NCBI GenBank assembly: GCA_965215885.1
Contig: CBDCEW010000080.1
Span: 1-64,000 of the forward strand
DNA length: 64,000 bases
Source of the DNA: Candidatus Moanibacter sp.
Lineage (GTDB): Bacteria; Verrucomicrobiota; Verrucomicrobiia; Opitutales; UBA2987
Direction of reading: 5' to 3'
How positions within the stretch are numbered: the stretch's first letter is position 1; each line of letters begins with the position of its first letter. The notes below the pieces were generated by a model, which saw nothing but the letters and a program-made list of their open reading frames with translations, made no database searches and was not told where the DNA came from. Positions 19,688 to 31,031 of this stretch are shown here, piece by piece. Made by a program: the position numbers and the translations under genes.

Positions 19688-20665
19688 TTATCCGTAGATT
19701 TCGTCCTCAGCCCGTTCTCTCAAGGCGCGCATATACCCAATAGCATATCCAGTACCCGTACCGCGACCAAATGAAGGCACGATTGTCGGAGTGTGGTCCA
19801 ATGTGACGGTGCCTTTGTATTCGGTTTCAACCAGAATCTTCATGATCTTGTACATATCCATGTAACCGTCGTCCAGGAATGCCTCGACGAAATTCGGCAA
19901 AGGTGCGTCCACGTTGCGAAAGTGAACAATCCAAATCCTGCCCTGCTCGGAGCACCAGCGGATCCCCTCAAGAATATCACCAAAGCCTTCGCTACCGCCT
20001 TCCAGCCAGCAGCCGCAACAGAATTCCATGCCCAGCTGAGGACTATCGGCGATCTGAAATGCGCGTTTGTAGCTTTCCAGGCTGTGAATAAGGCATGGCA
20101 CGCCACCCAGCGAAGGCACCGGTGGATCATTTGGATGTAAAGCCAGTCGGACTCCGGTTTCCTCAGCCACGGGAATGATCCGGCGCATAAAGTACTCGAA
20201 GTTATCCCAAATTTCATCTTCGGAATACACTCGCCCGTGGGTCACAGGTCGTGCATCCAGCTCCGGCATTTTCACCTGACGGGCGGATGCAAACCGAGAC
20301 TCAGTGCGTTCTTCGGAACTCCAGACGCCGGCCTGTTCCCAAGTGAATGTGGTGGTGTAGATGCCTGCCTTGCTCAAAGTTCGGAGAAACTCCTTGAAAG
20401 CTTCGATTTTCTCGTCCCTGCCGGGAAGATTGAGGATGATTTTATCGCATTTCCAAACCTCCTGATTAGAAAAGTTGTTAAGTATAAGCCCGGCGTCGTC
20501 CACTTTCTGCTTCAGATTCTGCAGGGCCTCCAGACTCGTCTGATCCTCTTTGCCCCCGGTAAACACACATTCGACACCAAGCTGTCGGGCGAAAAGGAGA
20601 TCGTCGTCCGTGGGTTCGGGCGGGATGTGGCCGGAAAAGTTAAGTTTCGCTCTTTTTGCTGGCAT
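19688..20665 (-). CDS. uxuA: Mannonate dehydratase (UxuA)-like protein
   Basis: WDNFEYF..IIPVAEETGVRLALHPNDPP, VHFRN, DHTP, YAIGYMRAL. Substrate not proven. Confidence 0.85.
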   Translation of the reverse strand: MPAKRAKLNFSGHIPPEPTDDDLLFARQLGVECVFTGGKEDQTSLEALQNLKQKVDDAGLILNNFSNQEVWKCDKIILNLPGRDEKIEAFKEFLRTLSKAGIYTTTFTWEQAGVWSSEERTESRFASARQVKMPELDARPVTHGRVYSEDEIWDNFEYFMRRIIPVAEETGVRLALHPNDPPVPSLGGVPCLIHSLESYKRAFQIADSPQLGMEFCCGCWLEGGSEGFGDILEGIRWCSEQGRIWIVHFRNVDAPLPNFVEAFLDDGYMDMYKIMKILVETEYKGTVTLDHTPTIVPSFGRGTGTGYAIGYMRALRERAEDEIYG

Positions 20666-20668
20666 AGA

Positions 20669-21646
20669 CTACATCTCCGATATCTGGACGACCTCTCCCG
20701 TTTCCAATGACCGGTTAACCGCCATCACAACCTCCTGTGTCTTCACGGCATCGGCATACGTGGATTTAAGTGCGGATTCATCTTTCTTCCTTACTGCATC
20801 GATGAATGCGTTATCCAAATCCTGAAAGTAATCGTTTTCTACCTGGGTCAATTCCGTTCCATCTTCCGTAATCACAGTAATCGACTTCCGTTCTCTGTAT
20901 TCAATAGTCATATCTTTGGTGAATATATCAATCCCACCTTTGCCACGTCCTTCGGTCATAAAACAGGAAGAAAATATCGTTGCTAGAATGCCATTCTCAA
21001 AAATCAGGGTAGCCGCACTTGCATCTTCGATATTGTAGTTTTCCACCTCCGTCATCAGGCCGGTACGGCCACCCGCGTAAACCGACTTCACTTCCCCAAA
21101 TAAATAGCGAGCAGTATCGGTCACGTGGATCGTCGTCGTCACCGCCTGACCCCCGGACATCTCCTTGCTTTTCCACCACGGCACTCCGGCCATTCCACCC
21201 ATCCAGTATCCCATCGCGAGTCCGACGGTGCGATTGGCCAGCAATTCCTTCGCCTTGGCGATCACGTCCAGATATCGACCCTGAAATCCAACGCATGACA
21301 CCACACCGCTTTCGCGTATTGCCGCATCGACCTCACGCGCTTTCGTGATTGTCACCGATAGGGGTTTCTCCACGAATAAAGCGATTCCTTTCTCAGCCGC
21401 CAGAATCTCCTGATCCTCGTGCGCAAAAGGTGGAATGCATACATACACTGCGTCTAGCTCAACTTCGTTCAGCATCGCCCTATGGTCTGTAAATACCTGG
21501 GCGTTCCACTTTTTTGCCTCCTCCTTCACCTTTTCCTCAACCGGGTCGCACATCGCTACGACCCTAACGTCATCCATCTTCTTCAAATGCCTTTGGTGCG
21601 CGCGCGAAATTCCACCCGTTCCAACAAAACCCACTTTAACGGCCAT
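20669..21646 (-). CDS. Gfo/Idh/MocA family oxidoreductase
   Basis: GFVGTGGI and VEKP motifs. Confidence 0.92.
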   Translation of the reverse strand: MAVKVGFVGTGGISRAHQRHLKKMDDVRVVAMCDPVEEKVKEEAKKWNAQVFTDHRAMLNEVELDAVYVCIPPFAHEDQEILAAEKGIALFVEKPLSVTITKAREVDAAIRESGVVSCVGFQGRYLDVIAKAKELLANRTVGLAMGYWMGGMAGVPWWKSKEMSGGQAVTTTIHVTDTARYLFGEVKSVYAGGRTGLMTEVENYNIEDASAATLIFENGILATIFSSCFMTEGRGKGGIDIFTKDMTIEYRERKSITVITEDGTELTQVENDYFQDLDNAFIDAVRKKDESALKSTYADAVKTQEVVMAVNRSLETGEVVQISEM

Positions 21647-22634
21647 TCTGTCTATCCTTCCTGCAATTGAGACTATGGGGTGAAAAGGTCAGCCGTACAG
21701 TTCGCATTCTGCCCGTTCTCGCAGAGCGCGCATATACCCAATCGCATATCCGGTACCCGTACCGCGACCAAATGAAGGCACGATTGTTGGAGTGTGGTCC
21801 AGAGTGACGGTGCCTTCGTATTCGGTTTCAACCAGAATCTTCATTAGCTTGTACATATCCATGTAACCGTTGTCTAGGAACGTCTCGGTGAAGTTGGGCA
21901 ACGGGGCATCGATGTTGCGAAAGTGAACGATCCAAATCCTTCCCTGCTCGCTGCACCAGCGGATCCCCTCAAGAATGTTACCAAAGCCTTCGCTACCGCC
22001 TTCCAACCAGCAGCCGCAGCAGAATTCCATGCCCAATTGAGGACTGTCGGCGATCTGAAATGCACGTTTGTAGCTTTCCAAGCTGTGAATGAGGCATGGC
22101 ACGCCACCCAGCGAAGGCACCGGTGGATCGTTTGGATGTAAAGCCAGTCGGACTCCTGTTTCCTCAGCCACGGGAATGATCTGGCGCATAAAATACTCGA
22201 AGTTGTCCCAGATCTCCTCTTCGGAGTACACACGCCCGTGGGTCAGCGGCCGAGCATCCAACTCCGCCATCTTCACCTGACGGGCAGATGCAAACCGAGA
22301 TTCTGTGCGTTCCTGAGAACTCCAAACGCCCGCTTGTTCCCAAGTGAATGTGGTGGTGGTGATGCCGACCTTGTTCAGGTTCCTTAAGTAGGATTTGTAA
22401 GCTTCGATTTTCTCGTCCCTGCCGGGAAGGTTGAGGATGATTTTATCGCATTTCCAAACCTCCGTATTAGAAACGTTGTTAAGGTTAAGCCCGGCGTCTT
22501 CCACTTTCCGCTTCAGATTCTGCAGGGCCTCCACACTAGTCTGATTCTCCTTGACTGCGGTAAACACACATTCGACACCAAGCTGCCGGGCGAAAAGGAG
22601 ATCGTCGTCTGTGGGGACCGGCGGGATGTGGACG

Positions 22635-24528
22635 CACGGTATTTTGATTCTCGGAGCATTAGGTGATGATATTGATGGCCTTATGTAAGTTAAAGACGAA
22701 ATCATCACAGAGTGCGGGAGTGGATTCAGCGCCCATGGAAGACTTGAGGCTGAGAACCAGTTGCCTGCATGCAGCAAGAATTCTGGCTGCGTTATGATTA
22801 CGGATCATACATCGATCTTCATCGAAGAAGCGATCCCTGGGGTAATGATTTTTATTTTCGATCGAGCAATGGTTGCGAATTTTCGAGAGGAACTGTTGAG
22901 GGCTCAAATCGGCGGGATCGAGACTGCTTACGTAGTAAGAGCGTTCAGAGGAAGGTTCAGCTTTGTTTGGATAATGGAAGGTGCGTTGCACACAGGCGAA
23001 CTGGCGGGCATGGGGCAGGCCGGCAGAGGGAGCGCTTAGAGAATGGGTTGCTATTTGACGTATTTCGAGTCGCCCCTGGTCATTGTCCACGGTTTGGTGG
23101 AGAAAAAGGGGGTGGAGCTGAAGAGATTCTGAGCGTATTGATGCATGTTGGGCTGATTGTCTTTAATTTGAATAACATAGTCAGCACTGAGTTCTTCGAC
23201 GACGATGTGGGCAGTTTCTTTTTGATTATGCATGGCGTCGAAGGTGAAGGTGGAGCCGTCCAAAATGGGCATCTTTCGCAAGAGAGTCTGGGCGGCGGTG
23301 ATCTCGTTGGATTTATCGGCGGTAGCGACTTGGGCTAAGGTTTGAGCGCTTTGGTGATCGACTGCGGCCACCAGGTGCAGAGCCTTTGATTCTTCGGTGT
23401 TTGTGCCTTTGCGGGTCTTGCCGTCGACGGCAATATCGCGGGGCAAACAGCCGTCTTGTAAGCAGATGAATTCGGTGAGGGTTTTATCGAAGAGCTCGGC
23501 CTTTACGTTTTGCAAGACCCGATAGAAGACATCATAGCAAGGGGCCTTATAGCGGCCTGTTTTGGGGTTTTTCCAGGAGCGTAAGGCGCGCAATTGGGCT
23601 TGATTGAGATGATGGGCCAGGCGCACGATGCCCTTGAGGGTCTGTTTGCCGCACATCGTGCCGAGCACAATCATGCTCAGGACCGTGGCGAGCCGATATC
23701 TAAGGCCCGCTTTACGACGGAAGTCTTCTATCTGATTGAAGCGTTCCCACAGGCTGCTCATCTGTGCCACTTTGAGGCAGACCGCATGGGAGTTATCGGT
23801 TTCATTGAGCGCCTGGCTCTGTGCCGCGGGCAATGGCCCTGAAGCGCGCAAAAGCTCAAGGGCATTAGCCTTGAGGGGTTTGACCCAGATCTGCTTGGGA
23901 CGCTCATGGCGTTGATAGAAATCTTCGCGTTGGCGGCCATATCCCGCGCTCAAGCCCAAGGGCGTCCACCCGCTCGCTTCGTAGCAAGTGCCCCGGTGAA
24001 TCTGTGGGTCCACGAACGTTTCCGCTACTAAGGGACGATAGCCAAAAGCCTCCTGCCAGTGATCGGCTAAGACTCTCAGGCACATACCCAACGTCTTGGA
24101 GGCCAAATTTGCAAGATCCACCCCGGGCAAAATCAGAAAACGCCGGTTCTGTACTACCAGTTTCAATCGTGCATGCCGTTGCGCCCCGTCCCACCCGATC
24201 CATTCGTCTCGATCCTTCAGCCGGTAGGATGCGGCCCCCCACAAGAGCAGGCCCATCCATTGCCCGTCGATCTGCGCCACATAGCGCAGGGTCTCTCCTG
24301 CGCTGCCCGCACTGTGTAAATAATGATGTTGTTTCAATAGATCATTGAATCGCTCCTGCTCTTCGGGCAGGACCAGACGCAGAGTTAAACGATCTATCGA
24401 AGGATTCAGTTGGTAAGATTTTTTGTCTTTCATCCCATCTTAACATGACTGATTCCCTCGGGTTTGTTTAGCTCTTTTTTTATCTTCTTGCTTATCAGCT
24501 AGTTGCTTCCTGGAATCCTTTTACCCTG
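22635..24528 (-). mobile_element. ISAs1-family insertion sequence with 10-bp target duplication
   Basis: GATGTGGACG at 22625-22634 and 24529-24538; imperfect termini CAGGGTAAAAGGATTCC and CACGGTATTTTGATTCT. Confidence 0.9.
22659..24433 (-). CDS. DUF4338/DruA-like domain fused to an ISAs1 DDE transposase, split by a -1 frameshift
   Basis: ORF1 23051-24433 has HHYL, RDEWIGW, RFLILP, ETFVDP, GTCYEASGW, then IAVDGKT, KSNEI, TFDAMH, IKDNQP. ORF2 22659-23090 has GRLEIR, RNHCSIENKNHYPRD..F.ED. A CCCCCTTTTT run lies at the junction. Confidence 0.88.
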
Positions 24529-24862
24529 GATGTGGACGGAGAAGTTGAGGTTCGCTCTTTTTTCTGGCATATGGATTCAATACACTGCGGAGATATGCGA
24601 CAGCAAAGACAAAATGCGATCCTGAGAGGGTTGCATGCTGAGGGTTGTCAGAAATTGGGGCTGTATGCGAGTCGTCCAGTTCCGATTAAGAGTTGATACG
24701 AGGTTTCGGGGTGAATCTTCGTCGTCAAATATCTTCGTCGTCAGCTTCGTCGCAAACTTCGTCGCTTCAACCTCGAATTGAAATACTACTACCAAACTTA
24801 ATCGTGAACTTCGTCGTAAACTTGATCGAGAGAGGGACCGAATAAGACGATCCCGCTTAGCG

Positions 24863-25435
24863 CATACGCGTTAATTTAGGATGCAAGACATTGAGCCACA
24901 GGCAGTAATACAATTGACAGAAGGCCTAACACGGCGAGTCGAGATTCGGGTTTTTCGCATTCGGAAATCCCCCGGCCTCGTGCCGGGGATTTTTAGGTTC
25001 CTGGCTACAATAACTGGGGCCTCCCTTAGGAGATCCTCCGGGCTTGACCCGGAGAGCCTCAGGTTTCCCGTTCGATCGCTCCCCGTTTTCCATAGGCTTA
25101 GCCATCGGTTGGAGTTCCTAAGCATCTTATGCTCAATAAGATGTGTTTGACTGAATGGTAGTAGCAAAGAAACCTAACAATCCCCGGCGCGAGGCCGGGG
25201 GATTCCTTAATGTACACTGTCAAATGGTGTAGCCCGAATCCTCAACTGACCCCACGGCAAGCGTGGGGGATGGAATACAACCACAATGGTGAACCGATGA
25301 GAACGGCCCTGCCAAGATTCTAGCCTGTTGCGTTTAAGGCGCATAGTAAGAGCGAAGACCGATTCACCGGTGGCATTAGTTATCATTCAACTAACTGAGT
25401 ATAAGCATATTATGAAAGCTAGATTAACGCCAATG
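24863..25435. mobile_element. 573-bp non-autonomous element with IS4-type CAT...ATG ends and internal hairpins
   Basis: Ends CATACGCGTTAA and TTAACGCCAATG; flanks CGCTTAGCG and CGCTCAGCG; homologous to 43138-43664. Confidence 0.75.
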
Positions 25436-25614
25436 CGCTCAGCGGGACTCGCGACGAAGCTGACGACGAAGTTTCCCCTACGGGGGGAGAAGCTCCCTCC
25501 AGCCCCCTTTGAGTTCGCGAACGAGGCATGCAAAATCCTTGCATTAGTCCGAAAATCTCACAGATTTTCGGACTCGCGCACCGCATGGATCGAACCATCA
25601 AAGAGGGAAATGAT

Positions 25615-26634
25615 ATGGCAAACTATCGGGGAGCAGTTATCGGGTGCGGACGGATTGGCAGCACCATTGATGATGAACAGGTTGGACGCCCACAGTTTCG
25701 CTATCCGTTTGCGCATGCACCGGCGATAATCGAGGCCAAGGGCGTGGACTTGGTCGCCGCTTCTGATCTCTTCCCTGAACAGTTGCAAGACTTCAAACGG
25801 CGATGGGGTGTCACGGCGCTCTATTCCGACTATCGTGAGATGATCGCCAAGGAGAAGCCCGACATCGTCAGTGTCACGACCCGAGCTCAGGAGCGGGCGG
25901 AGGTGGTGATCGGTGTGGCTGAAGCAGGGGTGAGAGTCATCTACGCGACCAAACCGATGTGCCGCACATTGGCCGAAGCAGATGCCATGATTGAAACGTG
26001 TAAGAGAACCAACACCATTCTGGCCATCGCCTGTCACAAGAACTGGAGTCCGTGGTTTCAGGCCTGTCTGCAAGCCATTAACAATGGAGAGATCGGTGAG
26101 TTTTCTTCAATGGTCTGTAACTACGATTGGACCCTTTCTCGCGGCCACAGCCATACGCTTTCGCTCTTCCGTCAGTTTGCAGGGGCACATGCGAAGTGGG
26201 TCTTCGGGCACATGAACAGCGATGAGGAGGCAGCGAGCGACGACGATCTGAGAGGAACGGGGATGATCTACTACGAAAATGGCATGCGAGGATTCCTCAA
26301 CACGGGCGGCTGGTTGAACATCGATTTCGTAGGGAGCGACGGTTGGATCAGCGCGCGTAACGAGCACGCCGACTTCGAGATGTGGAGCCGCCTGCCGACA
26401 ACCCGAGAGCCGGTCCGGCGCCAGTTCCCTAACCCGAAGCGGCCGCGAAGTTCTCAGCAAGCATCCATCGAGGGTCTGGTCGGGAACCTTGACCACGGCA
26501 CAGAACCGCTGTGTCCTGGCGAATATGGACGCGAAGCCCTTGAGATCGCTATCGGCCTAAGGGAATCTCACCGGCGCGGCGGCGAGAAGATCGAACTCCC
26601 GCTTGAAGATCGAAGCCTGACGATCGTGGCTTAA
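25615..26634 (+). CDS. Gfo/Idh/MocA family oxidoreductase
   Basis: AVIGCGRIG and ATKP. Start set at MANYRG by comparison with paralogs. Confidence 0.9.
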   Translation: MANYRGAVIGCGRIGSTIDDEQVGRPQFRYPFAHAPAIIEAKGVDLVAASDLFPEQLQDFKRRWGVTALYSDYREMIAKEKPDIVSVTTRAQERAEVVIGVAEAGVRVIYATKPMCRTLAEADAMIETCKRTNTILAIACHKNWSPWFQACLQAINNGEIGEFSSMVCNYDWTLSRGHSHTLSLFRQFAGAHAKWVFGHMNSDEEAASDDDLRGTGMIYYENGMRGFLNTGGWLNIDFVGSDGWISARNEHADFEMWSRLPTTREPVRRQFPNPKRPRSSQQASIEGLVGNLDHGTEPLCPGEYGREALEIAIGLRESHRRGGEKIELPLEDRSLTIVA

Positions 26635-26725
26635 TTCCGCATAACATTGGCTTTTTTCAGGCAGATAAACTCGCTGCTTGCAATTCCATCTGTTTCATCT
26701 GATTTGGATAAAAAGGGAAGAAGGG

Positions 26726-27025
26726 ATGAAGACAGTCAGCGCCAATGAAGCGAAACAATCGCTGGGAAAAGTCATTGACGAAGTGCAACGAGAGCCGGTC
26801 GTCATACAACGGTACAACCGAGATGCGGCGGTGCTTCTCTGGGTCAGCGATTATGAAAAACTTGCCGCGCTCAACGTGAAAGAATTCCAACGGTTTTGCG
26901 ACCGTGTCGGGAGGCGCGCGAAAAAGCGCGGACGGACCGAGCGGAAGCTTAAGCGCATTCTCGATGGAGCTGATTTCTCTGGGTGCGTCCCGAAGGCAGA
27001 TTGGAAGTGTAATCGGTTCTCTTAG
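26726..27025 (+). CDS. Phd/YefM family antitoxin (no adjacent toxin seen)
   Basis: MKTVSANEAKQSLGKVIDEVQREPVVIQRYNRDAAVL, a typical Phd N-terminus. Confidence 0.85.
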   Translation: MKTVSANEAKQSLGKVIDEVQREPVVIQRYNRDAAVLLWVSDYEKLAALNVKEFQRFCDRVGRRAKKRGRTERKLKRILDGADFSGCVPKADWKCNRFS

Positions 27026-27503
27026 CATCAAGAGTAAACGCACTACCGTCAAAACGCGAAAAGCGAGGCAAAGACAGCCCACTTAGTGGATTCTCTGACA
27101 GAACACAATGTAAAGGTAATGCGGGCGGCGAGTCTCCAATTTCCAGCTCGTGGTCCTTCCCAAAGGCATGCTGGAAGGAATTCTTTCTTTTGCGCATGCA
27201 GGCGAGATCACCCTAGCTCCTTTATGGGGCAGGATGAGCTCTCAGGGGGGGGATTTAGTGAACGAACCCCGAAGCGAAAAGATCCCCTCCTGGGAGAGGA
27301 CAGGGGTGGGTTTCTTCTAAGACGGCTTCTATCTTCATTAAACGTTAGCGCATGGCCTTCGAACTCGGATGGAGAGTGAAGTATCAAGTCAGTTCGAGTT
27401 TGAAGACCGTTGCTCTATCCGGTGCTCGACTTCCTCCCGCCATTCAGCCACTCTACCTCTGTTATTTTGAGACAATCGCCCATTTCGAGCAAGTTCTTAT
27501 CAT

Positions 27504-27702
27504 GAAGTTGAAACAAACGTCCACGGACCCGCCTACGCTTTGCAGAGAATCCCGCTGGGCAGAGCTACGGCGTGGCAAGGGGGCCGCCCTGCCTCGGCGT
27601 AGTTGCGCTTGCGCTTCGAAGACGGGTTCCACCACTAATATTGTTGCTACTGGTGGATCGGGCGCTCCGCGCGCGATGAGAATACAGTCGAGTGGGCGAT
27701 CC
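27504..27702. mobile_element. Hairpin-rich non-coding element, inverted partial copy 2
   Basis: The reverse complement closely matches about 61625-61801. Confidence 0.6.
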
Positions 27703-27755
27703 CGCCCCGGGATGTCAGGCTGAGAAACTACCAGGTAAAAAAGGGAGTATTGAAA

Positions 27756-28745
27756 ATGAAAGTTAAACTCGCACAGTACGGAATTTCCCACGACCACGCG
27801 TCGGGCAAGGCGCGGGTCATGCGAGAGAGCGATGAGATCGAGTTCTGCGGGGTCTTCGAGCCGTCCGCGGAAATACGCGAGAGGCTCGGCGCTAATCCGG
27901 TTTACGACGGCGTGCACTGGTTCGCCGAAAGGGAGGAGATCCTGGAGGACGAGTCCATCGTCTGCATTGCCGCCGAGGGTGGGGTGTCGCAGAACCTCGC
28001 CTTTGCGCGTCAGGCTCTGGAGCATGGCAAGCACGTCTGGCTCGACAAGCCGGCGGGCGATGACCTGGAGGAATTTCGCGCCGTGCTCGACATCGCCCGG
28101 GAGAAAGGGCTGCTCGTGCAACAGGGCTATATGTTCCGCTACAACGCGGGTTTTCAGTTTATTCTCGATTGGGCCAAAAGCGGCAAGTTGGGCGACATCT
28201 TCTCCGTCCGGGCGCGGATTTCAACCGGTTTGTCCGATGAAGCGCATTGGCAGCGCTGGGATTCGCGCGGCGAGCATGAGGGCGGTATCATGTTTATCCT
28301 CGCCTGCCATCTGATCGACATCGTCGTCGCTCTGCTCGGCCGTCCCGACCGGGTTACGGCCTTTTCGCTGGCGCAAGACAAGGAATTTCCCTGGTATCGA
28401 GACAATACCGCCGCCATTTTCGAATATGCTGAGGCGATGGCGACGGTCGAGTCCGTTGCGAGGGAAGTGTCATCGGGGGAGTCGAGACGGCTGGAAGTCT
28501 ACGGCACACGTGGCTCTGCCATCCTCGAGCCGCTTGAGCCGCCGGCACTGCGGCTTTGTCTGGACGAAGATCGAGACGGCTACGTAAAGGGCTGGCAGGA
28601 TGTTCCCGTGGAAAAGCGACCGCGCTACGTCGAGAGCTTGCGCGCCCTGGTGGCGGACATCCGCGGCGAGAAAACGCCGGATCGCTCACTCGACCACGAA
28701 TTCGCCGTGCAGGAGACGGTTCTGCGGGCAGCGGGAATGATTTGA
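27756..28745 (+). CDS. Gfo/Idh/MocA family oxidoreductase
   Basis: GKHVWLDKP, QGYMFRYN, GGIMFILACHLID. Confidence 0.92.
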   Translation: MKVKLAQYGISHDHASGKARVMRESDEIEFCGVFEPSAEIRERLGANPVYDGVHWFAEREEILEDESIVCIAAEGGVSQNLAFARQALEHGKHVWLDKPAGDDLEEFRAVLDIAREKGLLVQQGYMFRYNAGFQFILDWAKSGKLGDIFSVRARISTGLSDEAHWQRWDSRGEHEGGIMFILACHLIDIVVALLGRPDRVTAFSLAQDKEFPWYRDNTAAIFEYAEAMATVESVAREVSSGESRRLEVYGTRGSAILEPLEPPALRLCLDEDRDGYVKGWQDVPVEKRPRYVESLRALVADIRGEKTPDRSLDHEFAVQETVLRAAGMI

Positions 28746-29050
28746 CCGCGGATGACGCGGATTTAAACGGATGAGAGAGCGGAGTTCGTTAACACTTCGC
28801 ATCGTGAATCATAATCCATTCGACGGTTCGTCGTGCTCATCACAGGCAGGCCTCAGGGCAGGAAAGAGAACGAAGAGAAATGAAGAGGGAGAGTTTCCCA
28901 CGGATGGCTCCGCAGTACCACGGATGGAAGAGTGGATTTCCCACAGTTTCGAGAAAACCGCGGGGCTGCCATACAGCAGACTCTGCGAGATTGACCTTTG
29001 AATAAGGAAAGCAGGAAAGCAGGAAGTTGGCCACACTATCAACCGAGGTA

Positions 29051-29228
29051 GGAGTCGATCCAGCTGAGCGGGACCTCTCTGCTGTAGGGCAGAGCATGAA
29101 ACGCGAAGAAGGGCTTTCCCAAGAGCGCATCCGGACCATTAGCCTACTAATAGCGCTTTTGGGAAAGCCCTTCTTCGCGTTTCTCGACTCGCATAAGCGA
29201 GTTGGTCCCGCTCAGCTGGATCGACTCC
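29051..29228. repeat. Four-way-junction palindromic element, copy A
   Basis: Perfect 25-bp terminal inverted repeat GGAGTCGATCCAGCTGAGCGGGACC, an inner stem of about 30 bp, and two side hairpins. Confidence 0.85.
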
Positions 29229-29697
29229 CTATTCTCCGTTCTGTGACTGCCAGATCTGAGGCCTCTCTCTATCCGCGCCATCCGTGAAATCCGCGGTCAC
29301 TCTGATGCCGATCGACCTCACGTCGTAAGATGTTTTGTAGTCTTCCCGGTCCTCCTGGCGAGCCGGGACCGGGAGGATTGCACGTTCAATGAATCCGCGG
29401 TTTTCCCTGGCTCGGCGCATCCCGATCAGCGGGAGAAGACGGCTCGAATCCGTGGTCAATTCATCTTCATTTGCGTTAATTTGCGTGCATTTGCGGTTCT
29501 CTTCTTCTTTTTTGTTTGCCGCCGAAAGCTGCCTTAGAAAGCAATACCCCGGCTTGCCGGGGTGAGCCTGTTGAATCCGCCTAACATTCGCTTTGACTAT
29601 GCTTCCACGGAAGTAATCTAATGTTGCGTAAGCGAGCACCTCCTTCTTTTCGAAACTAACACTCAAGAAACCTTGGTACTTAGCCACAGAATCAACG

Positions 29698-30780
29698 ATG
29701 AAGCATCCAACAGAAAAAATCTACCGCGGCGCGGTCATAGGAACCGGGCGCATGGGCAGTAAGATTGACGACGAACAGAAGTACTACAACTTCCCCTATC
29801 CCTGGTCGCACGCGGGCGCGATGGTCGAATCGAAACGAGTCGAGCTGGTGGCCGGTTCCGACCTCATGCCGGAGCAGCGCGAGGACTTCAGAAACCGTTG
29901 GGGTGTCGATGCGGTTTACGAGGATTTCCGCGAAATGCTGGCGAAGGAAGAGATCGAGATTGTGAGCATTACGACCAAACACGAGGAACGCGCGGATGTG
30001 ATAATGGCCTGCGCTGAAGCCGGTGTAAAGATCATTTACCCTACCAAGCCATTATCCAACACCCTTGCCGAAGGCGACGCCATGATCCGTACGTGCCGGG
30101 AATCCGGATCGCTTTTGGCGGTCTCCTGCCACCAGAACTGGAGTCCCTGGTTCCATGCCTGTCGAAAGTCGATTCAGGACGGCGACATCGGCAAAGTCAC
30201 GGCGATCATCAGCCAGAAGAGTCTTATCGACCACAACGCCGCTTTGATGCGCATGTTTGCCGAAGCGGCGCCCAAATGGGTCATGGCCGACGTCAATCGG
30301 GATGGACCTGCGGCCATCATCGGATTCGAAAACGGTGTGCGCGGATTTCTCACGCCCGGCGGGTGGCAATACCTGCAGATCATAGGCACCGACGGCTGGA
30401 TTGATGTGCGCGACGAATACCGGGAATTCGAATTGTGGCGCCGCTTTCCTAACGGGTTCCCGCCCGAGATGGTGGAGGGTTTTCAGGCCTTCGGCGGCGG
30501 GGTGCGGAAAGATCCTCCGGCCCGCATGCTGTTTCCCAATCCGCGAATACCCATGAGTTCCCAAACCGCCAGTATCGATGCGCTGGTCAGCGACTACGAA
30601 AATGGAACGACCCCGGAGTGCCCGGGTGAGTGGGGTTTAGAAGCGATGGAAATGTATATCGGTGTCGCCGAATCATCGGATCAAGGGGGAAGTAAGCTCG
30701 AGATTCCACTCGCTGACCGAGGTCTGACGGTCAATCCCGCAAGCAACCGGGAACGGCGAGAGAGGCGCGGAGATCCCTAG
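29698..30780 (+). CDS. Gfo/Idh/MocA family oxidoreductase
   Basis: AVIGTGRMGSKIDDE and PTKP; paralog of 25615. Confidence 0.9.
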   Translation: MKHPTEKIYRGAVIGTGRMGSKIDDEQKYYNFPYPWSHAGAMVESKRVELVAGSDLMPEQREDFRNRWGVDAVYEDFREMLAKEEIEIVSITTKHEERADVIMACAEAGVKIIYPTKPLSNTLAEGDAMIRTCRESGSLLAVSCHQNWSPWFHACRKSIQDGDIGKVTAIISQKSLIDHNAALMRMFAEAAPKWVMADVNRDGPAAIIGFENGVRGFLTPGGWQYLQIIGTDGWIDVRDEYREFELWRRFPNGFPPEMVEGFQAFGGGVRKDPPARMLFPNPRIPMSSQTASIDALVSDYENGTTPECPGEWGLEAMEMYIGVAESSDQGGSKLEIPLADRGLTVNPASNRERRERRGDP

Positions 30781-31031
30781 GGCAGCGTAGCCGCAACCAA
30801 ATTGAGAGAAAAAGAGGAACCGCGAATGCACGCGAATTAAGAAGATTTGACCGCGGATGACGCGGATTTACGCGGATGAGAGAGGGAGAAATTTTGGCAA
30901 TGGAGGATCTTCTTTAGGAAACAAGGCTGAACAACAGATTCTGCCAGATTGAGAGTGAATAAGGAAAGCAGGAAAGCCCTTCGACTACGCTCAGGGCAGG
31001 CAGGAAATTGCCCATACTATCAACCGAGGTA

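Larger units (their letters stand above)
21689..24570 (-). pseudogene. UxuA-like dehydratase paralog interrupted by an ISAs1 element
   Basis: The native N-terminus MPEKRANLNFSVHI lies at 24570-24529 (compare MPAKRAKLNFSGHI of the 19688 paralog); the body is at 22634-21689. Confidence 0.9.

Noticed and set aside
23051..24433. Complete Druantia anti-phage system
   Set aside because: Only a DruA-like domain fused to a transposase; no DruE helicase or other partners are present.
29229..29687. 152-aa minus-strand ORF
   Set aside because: It is mostly translated repeat sequence with no recognisable domain.
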